Shown here piece after piece: positions 27,684-37,600 of a stretch of 64,000 nt of DNA. Both the position numbers and the translations under genes were made by a program. Each line of letters starts with the position of its first letter. Position 1 is the first letter of the stretch. Source of the DNA: an uncultured virus (IMG/VR IMGVR_UViG_3300031660_000001) (lineage: Duplodnaviria; Heunggongvirae; Uroviricota; Caudoviricetes; Crassvirales); the IMG/VR virus record IMGVR_UViG_3300031660_000001; one strand, given 5' to 3'. The notes under the pieces are model-generated. The model was not told where the DNA came from. It saw only the letters and a program-made list of their open reading frames with translations, and did not search any database.

Positions 27684-30600
27684 ATGAAGAAATATAAGTC
27701 TCCAGACGGAACTATTTTTACAGAAGCTGAAGCTATAAAAACTTATGGAGATAGGTTTCAGAGTTTTGTTGATGATGGCCAATTAAAATTAGTTGAAGGT
27801 GAAGAAGAAGTTATAGAAGAAGTACAAGAAGAAGTTGATGTTGTAACATATGAGTCTCCAGACGGAACTATTTTTACAGAGGCTGAAGCCATAGAAACTT
27901 ATGGAGATAGGTTTCAGAGTTTTGTTGATGATGGCCAATTAAAAAAAAAAGGCTCGTCCGACTTATCTGGCACTGGGCAAGAGGAAAATACGGAGTCTAC
28001 TACAGAAATCGTACAAGAAGATGGTTCTTTGGCTTCTGGTCAAAACCCAGCTAGGGAGTTAAGTTCAATCGAACAAATGTATCAAGAATCTGGAGAAGAA
28101 GCAGTTTATGAAACTGTAAACATTCCAGGGGGTGGTAGTTACAGAAAAAAAGTAGGAGTAGTTTATAATCAACCTTTGATAGATGAATTAATGGTTGAGC
28201 CTGGTATAAAGGCAGCTTTAGATGCAGGTAAAATCACTGCTCTTGATATTAAAACCGCTGCTAGTAATGATCCATCTAGTGCGAAATTCCGCGCGAAAGT
28301 TGATGAGTTTAGGGTAAAATCTTCTGAAGAAATTTCTGAAATATTAACTAATGAAAATTTAAATAAACCTTACATATATGAAGAGGCGGCAGTGGACGAT
28401 GATTTTATAGATAGTGTTTTTTCTAATGCACAACTTCAAGGACTGCAAAATTTTAATATAGAAGATTTTAATGGATTTGTTACTGAAAAGGGATACAAAG
28501 CTGATTATTTAAAAAGATTAGAGGATGGTAACTACGACTCTAACTCTTCTTTTCAATCTAAAAAAAACAAGAACTTAATGCTTCAAGTCTTGAAAGAGAA
28601 AGACGAATTAAGAATGATTACTTTGTATTTAGAAGAACTTCAGGAAAGAGATTTAAGATTTCAAGAATTACAATGGAGAAAAGATAACAAGGGGGTAAGT
28701 GCTTCTGATGTAAAATTTATTCCTGCGCAAATTATAAACCCCAATCAATTAAGTGAGTTTATTAAACAAAACATGCCCAACTTTGCGTCTTCAATTAACC
28801 AGCAAAGAGAAAAAGTTGAAGAGCAGTATAATAAAATGAAAAACAACAAACAAAATGGTTTGTGGGAATTTGCAAAAAGTTATGGGAATAGTTTTGATGA
28901 TAGATTAAACCAAGTTACAGCTTCTGTATTTGATTTTTTTGGAGATTCAGCCGCTACAGGAGTAAGAATGGCTGAAGAATATGAGGCTATGATGAAAGAT
29001 CCTAGTTTACAATACGGATATGTAAGTGGTAATGAAGTAGAAATAGGAGGAGTTAATTATTTAGTTAATGCAGATGGAAATGTTTTTGACACAGATGCAA
29101 AAGCTCAAGTAACTTCTGCGTTAGACCAAGAAAGTATAAAATTAATAAGAGAAGAAGCTAAAAAAAATGGAAAGGCTGGTACAAGTTTTAGCACGCAAGG
29201 TATTGCAATTGATACCGCTGGAGTTCTTGGATCTATTACTGTTGATTTATTTTTAACAAAAGGAGCTTCATCCGCAATGACGGTAGGAGGGGGAGCTTTA
29301 ACGCTTGGAGCAAGTTATACGGGAGGAGCAAAAATTGTGGCAAAAAGTTTAGATAAACTTAGAAGTGTGCCTGTTTCTAGAGGAATGTCATCATCTATAA
29401 TAGCACAAACAACCTTGGGACTTTCTCAAGGTGTAGAGTCAACTTTAAGAGAGGCTAAGGCAGCAGGATTAAATGATGAAGACGCTAAAGAATTAGCTAC
29501 AATAGCAGGATTAGAAATGGCAACTCTTTATGGATTAACAGGATTTATTTCTCCTCAAACCAAGGCTACAGAATTATTATTTGGAGGAATTAATAAAACT
29601 ACTTTAATAAAAGAAGCTCTAAAAAAATACACAAAAGAAGGAACAAAGGGTTTTGTGAATAGGTTTAAACAAGCGGGTAGAGATATAGCTAAAAATCCTA
29701 TTAACACAATTAAAAATGCTGGTAAAGAAATATTAGATTATGGTGGAGAAGGAGCAAAAGAGTTTATACAAGAGAATGTACAACAAGCAGGAGAAAGGTT
29801 TGTTGTTAATCCAAGTTTAAATAAAATTGCCGCAGAAAAAATAATGGCAGATACAATAAGTGGAGATGAATTTATAAATACCTCTATGTTATCTTTTGCG
29901 GCTGCATTCATAATGCCTGGTGCAGGTAAAGTGACATCTTCCATTACTTCTTTATTTCCAGGTAATGATATAGATAAGTTACAAATGTTAGGGCTTTTAA
30001 ATTCTAATAAAGACAAAACACTTCAGCTTTTAGATACTCAAGTAGATTCAGGTTTAATAACATCAAAACAAAGAAATGATGTTGCACGTCAAATGAAAAT
30101 ATATGCAGGAAGCATAAATTTGATTCCTAATAATTTTTCAGCTAGTACAGCCAATGCTGTTATGGATAATGTATACGAAATCTCAAGATTAGAAAATGAA
30201 AAAGAAGGTAAAGCTAAGGCGATTAAAGCAGATATAGATAAACAAATAGAGGCTTTAAATTTAGAGATTGATTCTGCTATAGCTTTTTCTAATTTTGATA
30301 AGGAAACTCAAAAAGACGAATTAAAGAAAGCTAAAAATGAATTACAAAAAAAAGATCCTAAAAAAATATTAACCGATAACGAAATTTTAAAATATGCCAT
30401 TCAAAAGCAAAGCACAGAGAACGTGGATGCAAAAAAATCTACCGAAGGTGGCAAAAAGGTGGATGAAAATGTACTCGACAACGAATCTACCGGAAAGGGT
30501 GACCCCGAAGGTGAAAATAAAAACAAAGAGAAATCCAAAACGAAAGTAGATAAACAAACAATAATACCTCCTAAAACTGACAAAGAAATAAAAGAAGGGT

Positions 30601-33600
30601 TAAACAAAGAAGGATACACTCCTAAAAAAGGAATGGTGACTTTTCGTGTGCCTATTATATCTCGTTTTTTTAAAAATCTAAAAATAGATGTAGCGGCAGA
30701 CAACCCTATAGCTAAAGTAACTAATCGTATTAATAGAACCTTAAAACAAGCGTTTACATCTTTAGGGAATAAACCTATTTCATCTGGCACAAGTAGTGAA
30801 AAATCTAGAAACGAACAAGCTTCTATATTATTTAAGGCAGGTAAAGCTGCTCAAACTTTTAATAGATTATTTAAAGTTACTAAAAATGAATCTGATTTAA
30901 CTCCGGAACAGTTACAAAAAATGAGTGATGATATTTCTGCGGCTCTTGAAGGTAAAGCTAAAAATTCTAAAGGAAAAGAAATAACTTTAGAACAATTTGT
31001 TAAAAATTATAGATTTAAAAACAATAAAAACAAAAAAAACAGAGGCTTAAGTCAGGGTTTTCAAAATATAATATTAAAATTAAGGTCTGATATAGATCAA
31101 ATGTCTCAAAGTATTCTTAATGAAGACGGTGCTCCTACTAGTGTAAAAGAAATTATAAAAACCAATATAGGAGCTTATTTAAATAAATCTTATAGGTTTT
31201 ATGAAGGTAATAAAAAAGGGGATGAATATATAGAAACACTAAGTGCTGAAGTTTTAAATGAGGCTAGAGCTTTTTTATCAAAAGATGAAATTATAATTGA
31301 TAACGCTAAAAAGTCTAGCAAAAAAGCAGGATTGAAATTTACAGATGAGTTGACACGTTTAGTAGATTTAGAAATAAATGAAATGTTAAGTGAAAAAACA
31401 ACAATTAATAGTTTTGGAACTATAGTTACTATGACGGGGAATAAACAGGGTGTTTTTAAGCAAAGAAAATTAGACAGTCCACAACTAAAGGCTTTATTAG
31501 GAGAGATAACTGATCCGATTGCTAAGTATATCACTACTATGTCTAAAACAGCAGCTATTCTTTCACAGGCAAAACACTATAACAATGTATTTAATTCTGG
31601 GAATGGTGTTTATTTATTTGAAAAAAACGATCCTAATAGGCCTAAAGGTAAAATGGATAAAATTGAAGGGACTAATTCTCCTTTAGACGGATTGTATGCA
31701 TATCCTGATGTTATAGAGTCAATAACAGGTTCTGGAGTAACAGACGTTAAACAAATGGTAAAAGGAATATATAATCCAAAAGAGAGTAATTGGGTTAAAA
31801 GAAGCTTAGATAGTTTAGTTGATGGAATTTTTGCTGTAGCCGTTTCTTTTCCTAGGGAAGCTAAAACAGTTTTATCTTTTTCTACTCAAATTATAAACTT
31901 TGGCTCGAATGTAAACTTTGCGGTTATTAATGGTCATTTACCTGTTTCTTTGGTAAATAAAAAAATGAGTATTAAATCATATACTACAGCAGCTAAAACA
32001 GTTATGGGTTCTCTTTTAAATAAAACAGATGAAGAATTGGAGGAAAAACTTGCTGAGTATTACGCAAAAGGTATTATAGGCCAAAGTGTGGACGTAAGAG
32101 AATTGAGAGATATAATGAGGGAAGGAGATGATGAAACGGATTTATTAAAAAGATTTAGTCAAGATCCTGTTTATAAAACTAGTAAATTTTGGGACACTGT
32201 TTTGTTTAAAAAGTTTAGAAAAGGAGCTGCTAAAGTGTATCAAGTAGGAGATGATTTTTGGAAAATAATGGGTTATGAGCAACAGATGGCTGTCAATGCA
32301 CCATTATATTATGATAAAAATCTTAAAGATTTAAACGCAAATGAATTAAAATTTGTGTCTGATAGAGCGGCAGAAATGGTTAAAAATCAATATCCTAATT
32401 ATGACAGGATTCCAAAGGCTGCTAGGTTTTTTAAATACCTTCCATTTGCAGGAAATTTTATTTCATTCCAAGCAGAGTCATACAGAACAGCTTACAATAC
32501 TGTATCAGGATCTTACAATATGTTAAATGATGGGAACCGATTAATTAAGGATGGGGAAAAAGACAAAACCACAGATGAGGGAAAAGAAAAGATTGCAAAA
32601 GGGAAAAGGTTTAGAAAAGAAGCTTTAAGGAAAATAGGAAACATAGCGGCTTATACAATGATGAGGGACGTTGTTTTATATCAAGTTGCTACAAGATTAG
32701 GAGGTAAAGTTTTAGGGGGCATAAGCTCTATGATAAAAGATGATGAAGAAGATGAAGAGAAAGATACTGTAGGGGGATTAAGTGAAAACGAAAAAGCAAT
32801 AAGAAACTTCTTGCCTGAATGGCAAAAAAACTCAAATGTAATTATAACACAAGCAAGTGATGGAACAATAAAATTAATAGATGCTTCTACTTTTGATCCT
32901 CATCAATTGCTTCAAGCTAACTTAAATGTTTTATTGCAATCAAAAAATTATTCAGATGCTATAAAGGGAATAATACAAGAAAACACTAAAACATTTGCTA
33001 GTAAAGATTTTGTATTTGACGCTATAAACAAAGCCGCTGATGCTTACAAAAGAACAGGGTATGATATGCCTTATAAAGTAGGAGGAGATACTAATTGGTA
33101 TGAGTTTCATAAAAAATTCCTTCAACCCGTTGTAGCAAGGGCGCTACTACCAGGAACAGTATTGCAGATTGAAGATGGGCTTGGCGATACCCCTATATCA
33201 GGGAGAAAACCAAAAGATCCAGATTGGAAAAAATTAGTTGGGATTAGAAGTACGACTGTTGATGTCTCTAGACAATTTTATTTTAATATACAGCCTAAAC
33301 AGGCAAAACAAAATCAAAAAGAAGCAACATTAAGAAAAGCATGGGGTGCTTTGGAAAGACAAATTAATAATAATGAAATAACTTTTGAGGAAGCTTCTAA
33401 AAGATTAAAAAAACTTACTACTACCGATGTTTCTAGTCTTAATGAAAGAAAAATGAAAATGCAAAAATACATAACAAAACAAATACAGTATGCTATTTTG
33501 TTAGGAGCTAAAGGAGAAGATCTTATTAATACATTAAAAGGGTACAATATAGGATTAAAAAAAGGTGATATAGAGGCAATAGGTAAAGGTGGAATGATTC

Positions 33601-33659
33601 CAATTCCTCAAATTCCTAAGAAATATTTTTCTAAATCTGAAGATAAAGGTGTGTTATGA
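27684..33659 (+). CDS. Giant putative ejection/internal virion protein (1991 aa)
   Basis: Position; Gly/Ala-rich membrane-like segment, EGAKEFIQE, GDDFWK…YPNY…PFAGNFISF.AE. Confidence 0.65.
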   Translation: MKKYKSPDGTIFTEAEAIKTYGDRFQSFVDDGQLKLVEGEEEVIEEVQEEVDVVTYESPDGTIFTEAEAIETYGDRFQSFVDDGQLKKKGSSDLSGTGQEENTESTTEIVQEDGSLASGQNPARELSSIEQMYQESGEEAVYETVNIPGGGSYRKKVGVVYNQPLIDELMVEPGIKAALDAGKITALDIKTAASNDPSSAKFRAKVDEFRVKSSEEISEILTNENLNKPYIYEEAAVDDDFIDSVFSNAQLQGLQNFNIEDFNGFVTEKGYKADYLKRLEDGNYDSNSSFQSKKNKNLMLQVLKEKDELRMITLYLEELQERDLRFQELQWRKDNKGVSASDVKFIPAQIINPNQLSEFIKQNMPNFASSINQQREKVEEQYNKMKNNKQNGLWEFAKSYGNSFDDRLNQVTASVFDFFGDSAATGVRMAEEYEAMMKDPSLQYGYVSGNEVEIGGVNYLVNADGNVFDTDAKAQVTSALDQESIKLIREEAKKNGKAGTSFSTQGIAIDTAGVLGSITVDLFLTKGASSAMTVGGGALTLGASYTGGAKIVAKSLDKLRSVPVSRGMSSSIIAQTTLGLSQGVESTLREAKAAGLNDEDAKELATIAGLEMATLYGLTGFISPQTKATELLFGGINKTTLIKEALKKYTKEGTKGFVNRFKQAGRDIAKNPINTIKNAGKEILDYGGEGAKEFIQENVQQAGERFVVNPSLNKIAAEKIMADTISGDEFINTSMLSFAAAFIMPGAGKVTSSITSLFPGNDIDKLQMLGLLNSNKDKTLQLLDTQVDSGLITSKQRNDVARQMKIYAGSINLIPNNFSASTANAVMDNVYEISRLENEKEGKAKAIKADIDKQIEALNLEIDSAIAFSNFDKETQKDELKKAKNELQKKDPKKILTDNEILKYAIQKQSTENVDAKKSTEGGKKVDENVLDNESTGKGDPEGENKNKEKSKTKVDKQTIIPPKTDKEIKEGLNKEGYTPKKGMVTFRVPIISRFFKNLKIDVAADNPIAKVTNRINRTLKQAFTSLGNKPISSGTSSEKSRNEQASILFKAGKAAQTFNRLFKVTKNESDLTPEQLQKMSDDISAALEGKAKNSKGKEITLEQFVKNYRFKNNKNKKNRGLSQGFQNIILKLRSDIDQMSQSILNEDGAPTSVKEIIKTNIGAYLNKSYRFYEGNKKGDEYIETLSAEVLNEARAFLSKDEIIIDNAKKSSKKAGLKFTDELTRLVDLEINEMLSEKTTINSFGTIVTMTGNKQGVFKQRKLDSPQLKALLGEITDPIAKYITTMSKTAAILSQAKHYNNVFNSGNGVYLFEKNDPNRPKGKMDKIEGTNSPLDGLYAYPDVIESITGSGVTDVKQMVKGIYNPKESNWVKRSLDSLVDGIFAVAVSFPREAKTVLSFSTQIINFGSNVNFAVINGHLPVSLVNKKMSIKSYTTAAKTVMGSLLNKTDEELEEKLAEYYAKGIIGQSVDVRELRDIMREGDDETDLLKRFSQDPVYKTSKFWDTVLFKKFRKGAAKVYQVGDDFWKIMGYEQQMAVNAPLYYDKNLKDLNANELKFVSDRAAEMVKNQYPNYDRIPKAARFFKYLPFAGNFISFQAESYRTAYNTVSGSYNMLNDGNRLIKDGEKDKTTDEGKEKIAKGKRFRKEALRKIGNIAAYTMMRDVVLYQVATRLGGKVLGGISSMIKDDEEDEEKDTVGGLSENEKAIRNFLPEWQKNSNVIITQASDGTIKLIDASTFDPHQLLQANLNVLLQSKNYSDAIKGIIQENTKTFASKDFVFDAINKAADAYKRTGYDMPYKVGGDTNWYEFHKKFLQPVVARALLPGTVLQIEDGLGDTPISGRKPKDPDWKKLVGIRSTTVDVSRQFYFNIQPKQAKQNQKEATLRKAWGALERQINNNEITFEEASKRLKKLTTTDVSSLNERKMKMQKYITKQIQYAILLGAKGEDLINTLKGYNIGLKKGDIEAIGKGGMIPIPQIPKKYFSKSEDKGVL
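27697..27944 (+). repeat. 92-bp direct repeat (27697-27788 and 27853-27944), 3 mismatches
   Basis: SPDGTIFTEAEAI.TYGDRFQSFVDDGQLK encoded twice. Confidence 0.95.
27941..27950 (+). other. A10 candidate slippage/frameshift site
   Basis: A10 inside the CDS; both alternative frames stay open for 34-36 codons downstream. Confidence 0.5.
30394..30549 (+). CDS. Nested +1-frame basic microprotein MPFKSKAQRTWMQKNLPKVAKRWMKMYSTTNLPERVTPKVKIKTKRNPKRK (51 aa)
   Basis: ATG in AT-rich context to TAG; local GC rise; resembles the MPFKS..QR.W small phage proteins (from recall). Confidence 0.7.
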   Translation: MPFKSKAQRTWMQKNLPKVAKRWMKMYSTTNLPERVTPKVKIKTKRNPKRK

Positions 33660-33937
33660 AAGTTTTTGATGAACATACATGTATGCTTAGTAGTTATTAT
33701 GTTATAACTAATCAGGTAAGTTATGAGCAATTAGCAAACAGAGATGATTTTACTCTTATCTTTAATCCTAGAGAAAAAATTGATCCAATTATAGATGATA
33801 CCTATGACGTGTTGATTGATTACTTTGAAGATTTAGAAGACTATGAAAAGTGTGCAGAACTTTTGGAATACAAAGAAATAGCCCTTAAAAATAGTGAGTT
33901 AGCCTGGCCACTTGACCAAGGTCTTTATGGTGAATAA
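33656..33937 (+). CDS. Small protein with UvrB/UvrC-type motif
   Basis: YFEDLEDYEKCAELL. Confidence 0.6.
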   Translation: MKVFDEHTCMLSSYYVITNQVSYEQLANRDDFTLIFNPREKIDPIIDDTYDVLIDYFEDLEDYEKCAELLEYKEIALKNSELAWPLDQGLYGE

Positions 33938-34985
33938 ACCCCTCACAGGCTTTAGGAGCTCCTTTAAAGCCTTTTCTAGAGTGCCAGCTGTCAGCAGAGG
34001 AAGGAGACCTCATGTACTCTACAGTCACTCCTATGAAGTCCTTAGCGTCTCTCCATTTATGTTTGATTTTATGATGTATATGATGTAAGTACCAATACCT
34101 AGTAGTTGTATCAGCCCACATGTGAGGTTTTTCTTGAGCCATAAGCAGTGGTAAGTTGTCCATTTTAGCACCATCACCATGCTCTAATCCTATTAAAGAC
34201 TTACCGTATTGATAATATTTTCTGTGAGCAACACTCACATCAAAAGTAATGTCATCAGCGTTACGAAACCATGCTTGTAAAGTGTGAGCTAAATGAAAAC
34301 CAGATTGATAGTCATGGTTACTCATACTATGTACTACATCTACAGGAGCAATCAATCGTAAAGTCTCTATACATTCTACATATAGAGCTAAAGCCAGCTC
34401 ATAATGTTCCCACCACTTACCATCAGTATCTTGAGGTGTTCCTTTTGTAGTAGTGCCATAAACGTTATCAATATGTAACACATCATTACCTATACAAAAC
34501 AAAACTCTTTCTATTTCAAAACCTTTAGATTTATCTATAAGCCCATGAATCCCTTCTATTACCCTGTGTATTGCTATAGATGTGTTATACTGTTCTCCTG
34601 TTTCAGTCTCACTTGCATACTTACCTATATGAATGTCAGCAGGATTAATAACTAAAAGATGTGGACTTTTTTTCTTTGATCTAGGAATTTTATGATAAGC
34701 AGGTGCATACTGAGATACAAATTGGTTTACCTTATCAAAAATATCTTTTTCTTTAAGGTCTAAATTTTCTTTAGTAACAATAGAAAACCTATAGTCACCA
34801 CTAGCACTTTGCCAATGCTTAACACTAATAACATCATCCTGATCAATTCCTCTTTCATCAAGGTGTGTAGATAATGCAGAGTTGTCGTTTATGTTGTCTA
34901 TTTGACCAGCACGAAGCTCACGAATCATATCAACTTCACTCATACTAAGCCTAAGTCTAGGCCCTTCAGCTTTTTTAGACTTCAT
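33885..34985 (-). CDS. Calcineurin-like metallophosphoesterase
   Basis: ADIHIG, GND.LH, SNHD, EHGD, HHIHH motifs. Confidence 0.8.
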   Translation of the reverse strand: MKSKKAEGPRLRLSMSEVDMIRELRAGQIDNINDNSALSTHLDERGIDQDDVISVKHWQSASGDYRFSIVTKENLDLKEKDIFDKVNQFVSQYAPAYHKIPRSKKKSPHLLVINPADIHIGKYASETETGEQYNTSIAIHRVIEGIHGLIDKSKGFEIERVLFCIGNDVLHIDNVYGTTTKGTPQDTDGKWWEHYELALALYVECIETLRLIAPVDVVHSMSNHDYQSGFHLAHTLQAWFRNADDITFDVSVAHRKYYQYGKSLIGLEHGDGAKMDNLPLLMAQEKPHMWADTTTRYWYLHHIHHKIKHKWRDAKDFIGVTVEYMRSPSSADSWHSRKGFKGAPKACEGFIHHKDLGQVARLTHYF

Positions 34986-35166
34986 CTGATAAGGATTGAA
35001 TTAAATCAACCATAATCTTACTAATGTTTTGTGCTTTGATTTTGGCTTGAGCGTGATCTCTTTCCATTAAATCTTCATATAATTCAGTTACGAGGTCGTG
35101 AGAGTTATTAGTCACAAAATTAATGTGCTTAATAGCGTTTACATCGTCTACTGAAATCTTTGTCAT
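34975..35166 (-). CDS. Hypothetical protein
   Basis: ORF track; coupled to neighbours. Confidence 0.7.
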   Translation of the reverse strand: MTKISVDDVNAIKHINFVTNNSHDLVTELYEDLMERDHAQAKIKAQNISKIMVDLIQSLSDEV

Positions 35167-35399
35167 TATTTGTCCATGTGATATAGTAAACTAGTTCCTA
35201 CAGATGAGTCAATTTTTTGTATAGCTTTATAAAGAGCCTTTGAATTTTTTTTAACAATTTGCTTTTCTGTTTTTGTAGAATCACTTCCAAGGTTACAATA
35301 CATATCACTATCTATTCTAAAAAACTCATCCATTTTTCTTCTCGAATCCCAGGAAGAGAAATTTAAAACCTTGTCAATATCTTCAATAGTATATACCAT
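35166..35399 (-). CDS. Hypothetical protein (ATG at 35399 preferred)
   Basis: ORF track; TATATTTA box on the minus strand at 35405-35412. Confidence 0.65.
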   Translation of the reverse strand: MVYTIEDIDKVLNFSSWDSRRKMDEFFRIDSDMYCNLGSDSTKTEKQIVKKNSKALYKAIQKIDSSVGTSLLYHMDK

Positions 35400-35422
35400 T
35401 TTTATAAATATAGTAAAATTAT

Positions 35423-35866
35423 TTAACATTTAATCTGTTTTTGCCAGTTTCTAGCCTGTTCTGCCGCTAAAGCTTGTGAATATAAAAATAATTCATCTAA
35501 ATTTTTTTTATTTAAACAATCTACTTTATCTTTTAAAAGCCTTCTTTTCACAGCAAAACTATCATTATAATCTCCACTACCAAACAATGCCTCAACCACA
35601 AAATTATGCCATTTTTTTAATTTAGGATTATATTTTAAATAAATTTCATAGTTTTTTAGTGAATGCGAAACAGTCGCATGATCCATCGGCCTATTATTTC
35701 TAGTAAAAAAATTTGCAATTTGAATCAATTTCAATTCTTGATATTCCCTTAAAATTTTTATAAGCACCGCTCTTATCTCGATGATTTCTCTTTTCCTGCT
35801 ATTTTCAAAAGGATTTAATTTTGATACTTCAGACAGGTTGTTTGCGATTTTTTTATTAAAATTCAT
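35423..35866 (-). CDS. DnaA domain IV-like HTH protein
   Basis: SRKREIIEIR…L.QIA.FF…DHATVSHSL. Confidence 0.7.
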   Translation of the reverse strand: MNFNKKIANNLSEVSKLNPFENSRKREIIEIRAVLIKILREYQELKLIQIANFFTRNNRPMDHATVSHSLKNYEIYLKYNPKLKKWHNFVVEALFGSGDYNDSFAVKRRLLKDKVDCLNKKNLDELFLYSQALAAEQARNWQKQIKC

Positions 35867-35869
35867 TTT

Positions 35870-36109
35870 TTATCCTTTATATATTTCTGTTTTAAAACCA
35901 TAACTTTCTAGCTCTTTTATCCTATACTCTTGCAATTTAGAAACCTTGCCTGTTGGTTTTTTTATTTCCGAAAACAAAACATCACAGTTTTTAGGAAACG
36001 CTACAAGATCAGGGATACCATTTTTGTTAGTCTTAATTAGTTTAAGCACATAATACCCCTCAGCTTCTAATTCTTTAATTCTTTTATATTGTATCTGTTG
36101 TTCCGTCAT
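35870..36109 (-). CDS. VRR-NUC domain nuclease
   Basis: EQQIQ…GIPDL…FSEIK.PTG.VS.LQ. Confidence 0.85.
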   Translation of the reverse strand: MTEQQIQYKRIKELEAEGYYVLKLIKTNKNGIPDLVAFPKNCDVLFSEIKKPTGKVSKLQEYRIKELESYGFKTEIYKG

Positions 36110-37170
36110 TCTCCTAATACTTTTAAAAGAACATCAAGCATTTCAATAGTTTTTAAATTATGCATTACAAATTGTTTTCGGTTAAGAGTGCATTCAAATT
36201 CTGTTCTACCTTCGTATATTCTTTTTTCTACTGTTGTAATAGGTATTTTATACGTTTCTAAAACGTGTCTTGCAAAATCTCTTGTGGTTCTAAAATTTTT
36301 ATTGTCGTAAACGTGTCTTGGTTTGCGCTTTTCTTTTAACTCATTTCTTAATTCATCAATAAGTTTTTGAGTAAATATACTATACCCGTAAGTGTATTTC
36401 CCATATTCTTTTATGTACCAGTCTCCTAAAGTTTCTCTTTGTTTTCTTTGGTATTTATTATGTGTTTCGTGTCTGCATTTTTTACAAGTATTATCAAGTT
36501 TATGAAATTCTTTATTGATTTTAACTTTGTCGCAACCTTTACAATATTTTTCGCCATCGGTATATTTATAGTTCTTACGTCTTCCTACAGCGTAATTATT
36601 AATACATTCTTGGCACTTGCTAACGTCATTTGGAAAATTATCTACCACATCAATCTTGCCACACTTAGAGCATTCTTTATGTGTTCTATTATCGTAAAAC
36701 TCCTTATTTGTTTCATTTGCCTTTTTTAGATTATTCGGAGTGGCTATAATTGTTCTTGCGCTTTTAACCATATCAGTTTGTTTAGATTTTTTACGAGTAA
36801 CTTTTTTTAAGTTTTCAATTCTGTTATCTAAACATTTTTTATTTATATGCATTACACATTCATTCTTTAGAAAATCTATTTTTGGATAAAATGATTGAAA
36901 AACAAACCTACCAGATTGTTTGCCTTTTTTAAATATGGTTACTACAAGACCATCTATTCTACCATTTTTTGCCTTAATAATACTTTGTTTTAGTATTTTT
37001 TCCTCAACAATTCTCGGAGTCCCCCATCTTGTATTTACTTCACGCTGTAAAGACTTAATTCGTCCTAAAGAAGAAACTTCATAAATACCATCATATTCAA
37101 AGGCGTCTATCCATTTTTCATTTGGCAAATCTTCTAACTGAAAATTGTTATGTATCTGTTGTTCTGTCAT
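36106..37170 (-). mobile_element. NUMOD4 + HNH-like homing endonuclease gene with two Zn-finger repeats, flanked by a 20-bp repeat
   Basis: EKW…YDGIYEVSSLGRIKS; MHINK..LDN.IENL; CxxC pairs; repeats at 36090-36109 and 37151-37170. Confidence 0.75.
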
Positions 37171-37173
37171 GTT

Positions 37174-37584
37174 CTATATTATTTTAATTAAATTAGCAAC
37201 TATTTTCCAGTCTTCTGTTGTGCTATTATCTTTTTTTTTATATAACACACGAAAAGAATTTATAGCATCATTAATTCTTTGTTTCTTTGTTTTATTCTTA
37301 TTATTAAAATCTACAGGTAATCTATCTGTTAAATCCCATTCTATTACATTTCTTCCTGTTACAGTGCATAATCTTTCGCCTCTTTCATAAATTACTCCTA
37401 AATCTCGCAATTCCGTAAATCTTCCACTTTGATTTGTTTTAAGATTTTTATCATTAAAAACTTCTGAAGCCGTGCAGGGAGCATGATTAAAAATTGACTC
37501 ATATACCTGTAATCTTCTTTTGCTTAATAATCCTTCTTGTTTAATTTTATTAAAGCATTCTATTGATGTTTTTCTTGTAATCAT
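37174..37584 (-). CDS. Putative winged-helix DNA-binding protein
   Basis: VY..I…TA.EV…SGRFTELRDLG.I…R.CTVTGR. Confidence 0.55.
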   Translation of the reverse strand: MITRKTSIECFNKIKQEGLLSKRRLQVYESIFNHAPCTASEVFNDKNLKTNQSGRFTELRDLGVIYERGERLCTVTGRNVIEWDLTDRLPVDFNNKNKTKKQRINDAINSFRVLYKKKDNSTTEDWKIVANLIKII

Positions 37585-37600
37585 ATTTTTTTAATTGTAT

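Noticed and set aside
29738..33547. Minus-strand ORFs inside the giant gene, including 30401-30790
   Set aside because: S/F/L-rich antisense shadows of K/E codons; the +1 nested gene explains the local composition better
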